From Chara braunii (taxonomy: Eukaryota; Plantae; Charophyceae): DNA of 64,000 nt. The stretch spans positions 1,796,779 through 1,860,778 of the forward strand of contig BFEA01000001.1 of the NCBI GenBank assembly GCA_003427395.1, written 5' to 3'. Under the pieces are notes generated by a model. It was not told the DNA's origin. It saw nothing but the letters and a program-made list of their open reading frames with translations, and searched no databases. Shown here one piece after another: positions 63,896-64,000 of this stretch (position 1 is the stretch's first letter; every line of letters begins with the position of its first letter). The position numbers and the translations under genes are program-made.

Positions 63896-64000
63896 GCTAG
63901 AGTAGTACTGGAGAGAGAGAGAGAGATTGGGCGGAGGCCAGGGAGACTTACCTGCAGCGCCATAGCTCCAGCTTCGTCTTCGAGGTACCTGCAGCACAGC

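Overview
This is repeat-rich eukaryotic nuclear DNA with N gaps. Plant-type genes, very long introns, (GA)n/(TG)n tracts and streptophyte mitochondrial fragments suggest a charophyte alga such as Chara; that assignment is an inference. Two host genes frame the window. On the left is the last exon of a very-long-chain 3-oxoacyl-CoA reductase (KCR1-like, 1189-1446 +). On the right are the first three exons of a kinesin-12-like motor (from 48476 +), whose third intron appears to run past the window end. Between them lie a mosaic NUMT (rps1-atp8, cox1, rpl10), decayed Ty3/Gypsy gag-pol remnants, and a nest of minus-strand LTR elements. These elements have very long LTRs, TGTCG...CGACA termini and CpG-centred 4-bp flanks. 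The most unusual signal is their RNA cargo: (i) the 3' half of U6 snRNA in two related LTRs; (ii) 28S rRNA fragments in two LTR regions; (iii) an anticodon-less tRNA-Asp mimic with compensatory changes inside an element whose PBS is complementary to tRNA-Asp; (iv) a degenerate type III hammerhead; and (v) an array of seven covarying stem-loops separated by unique spacers. All alignments were made by eye and from memory of reference sequences.
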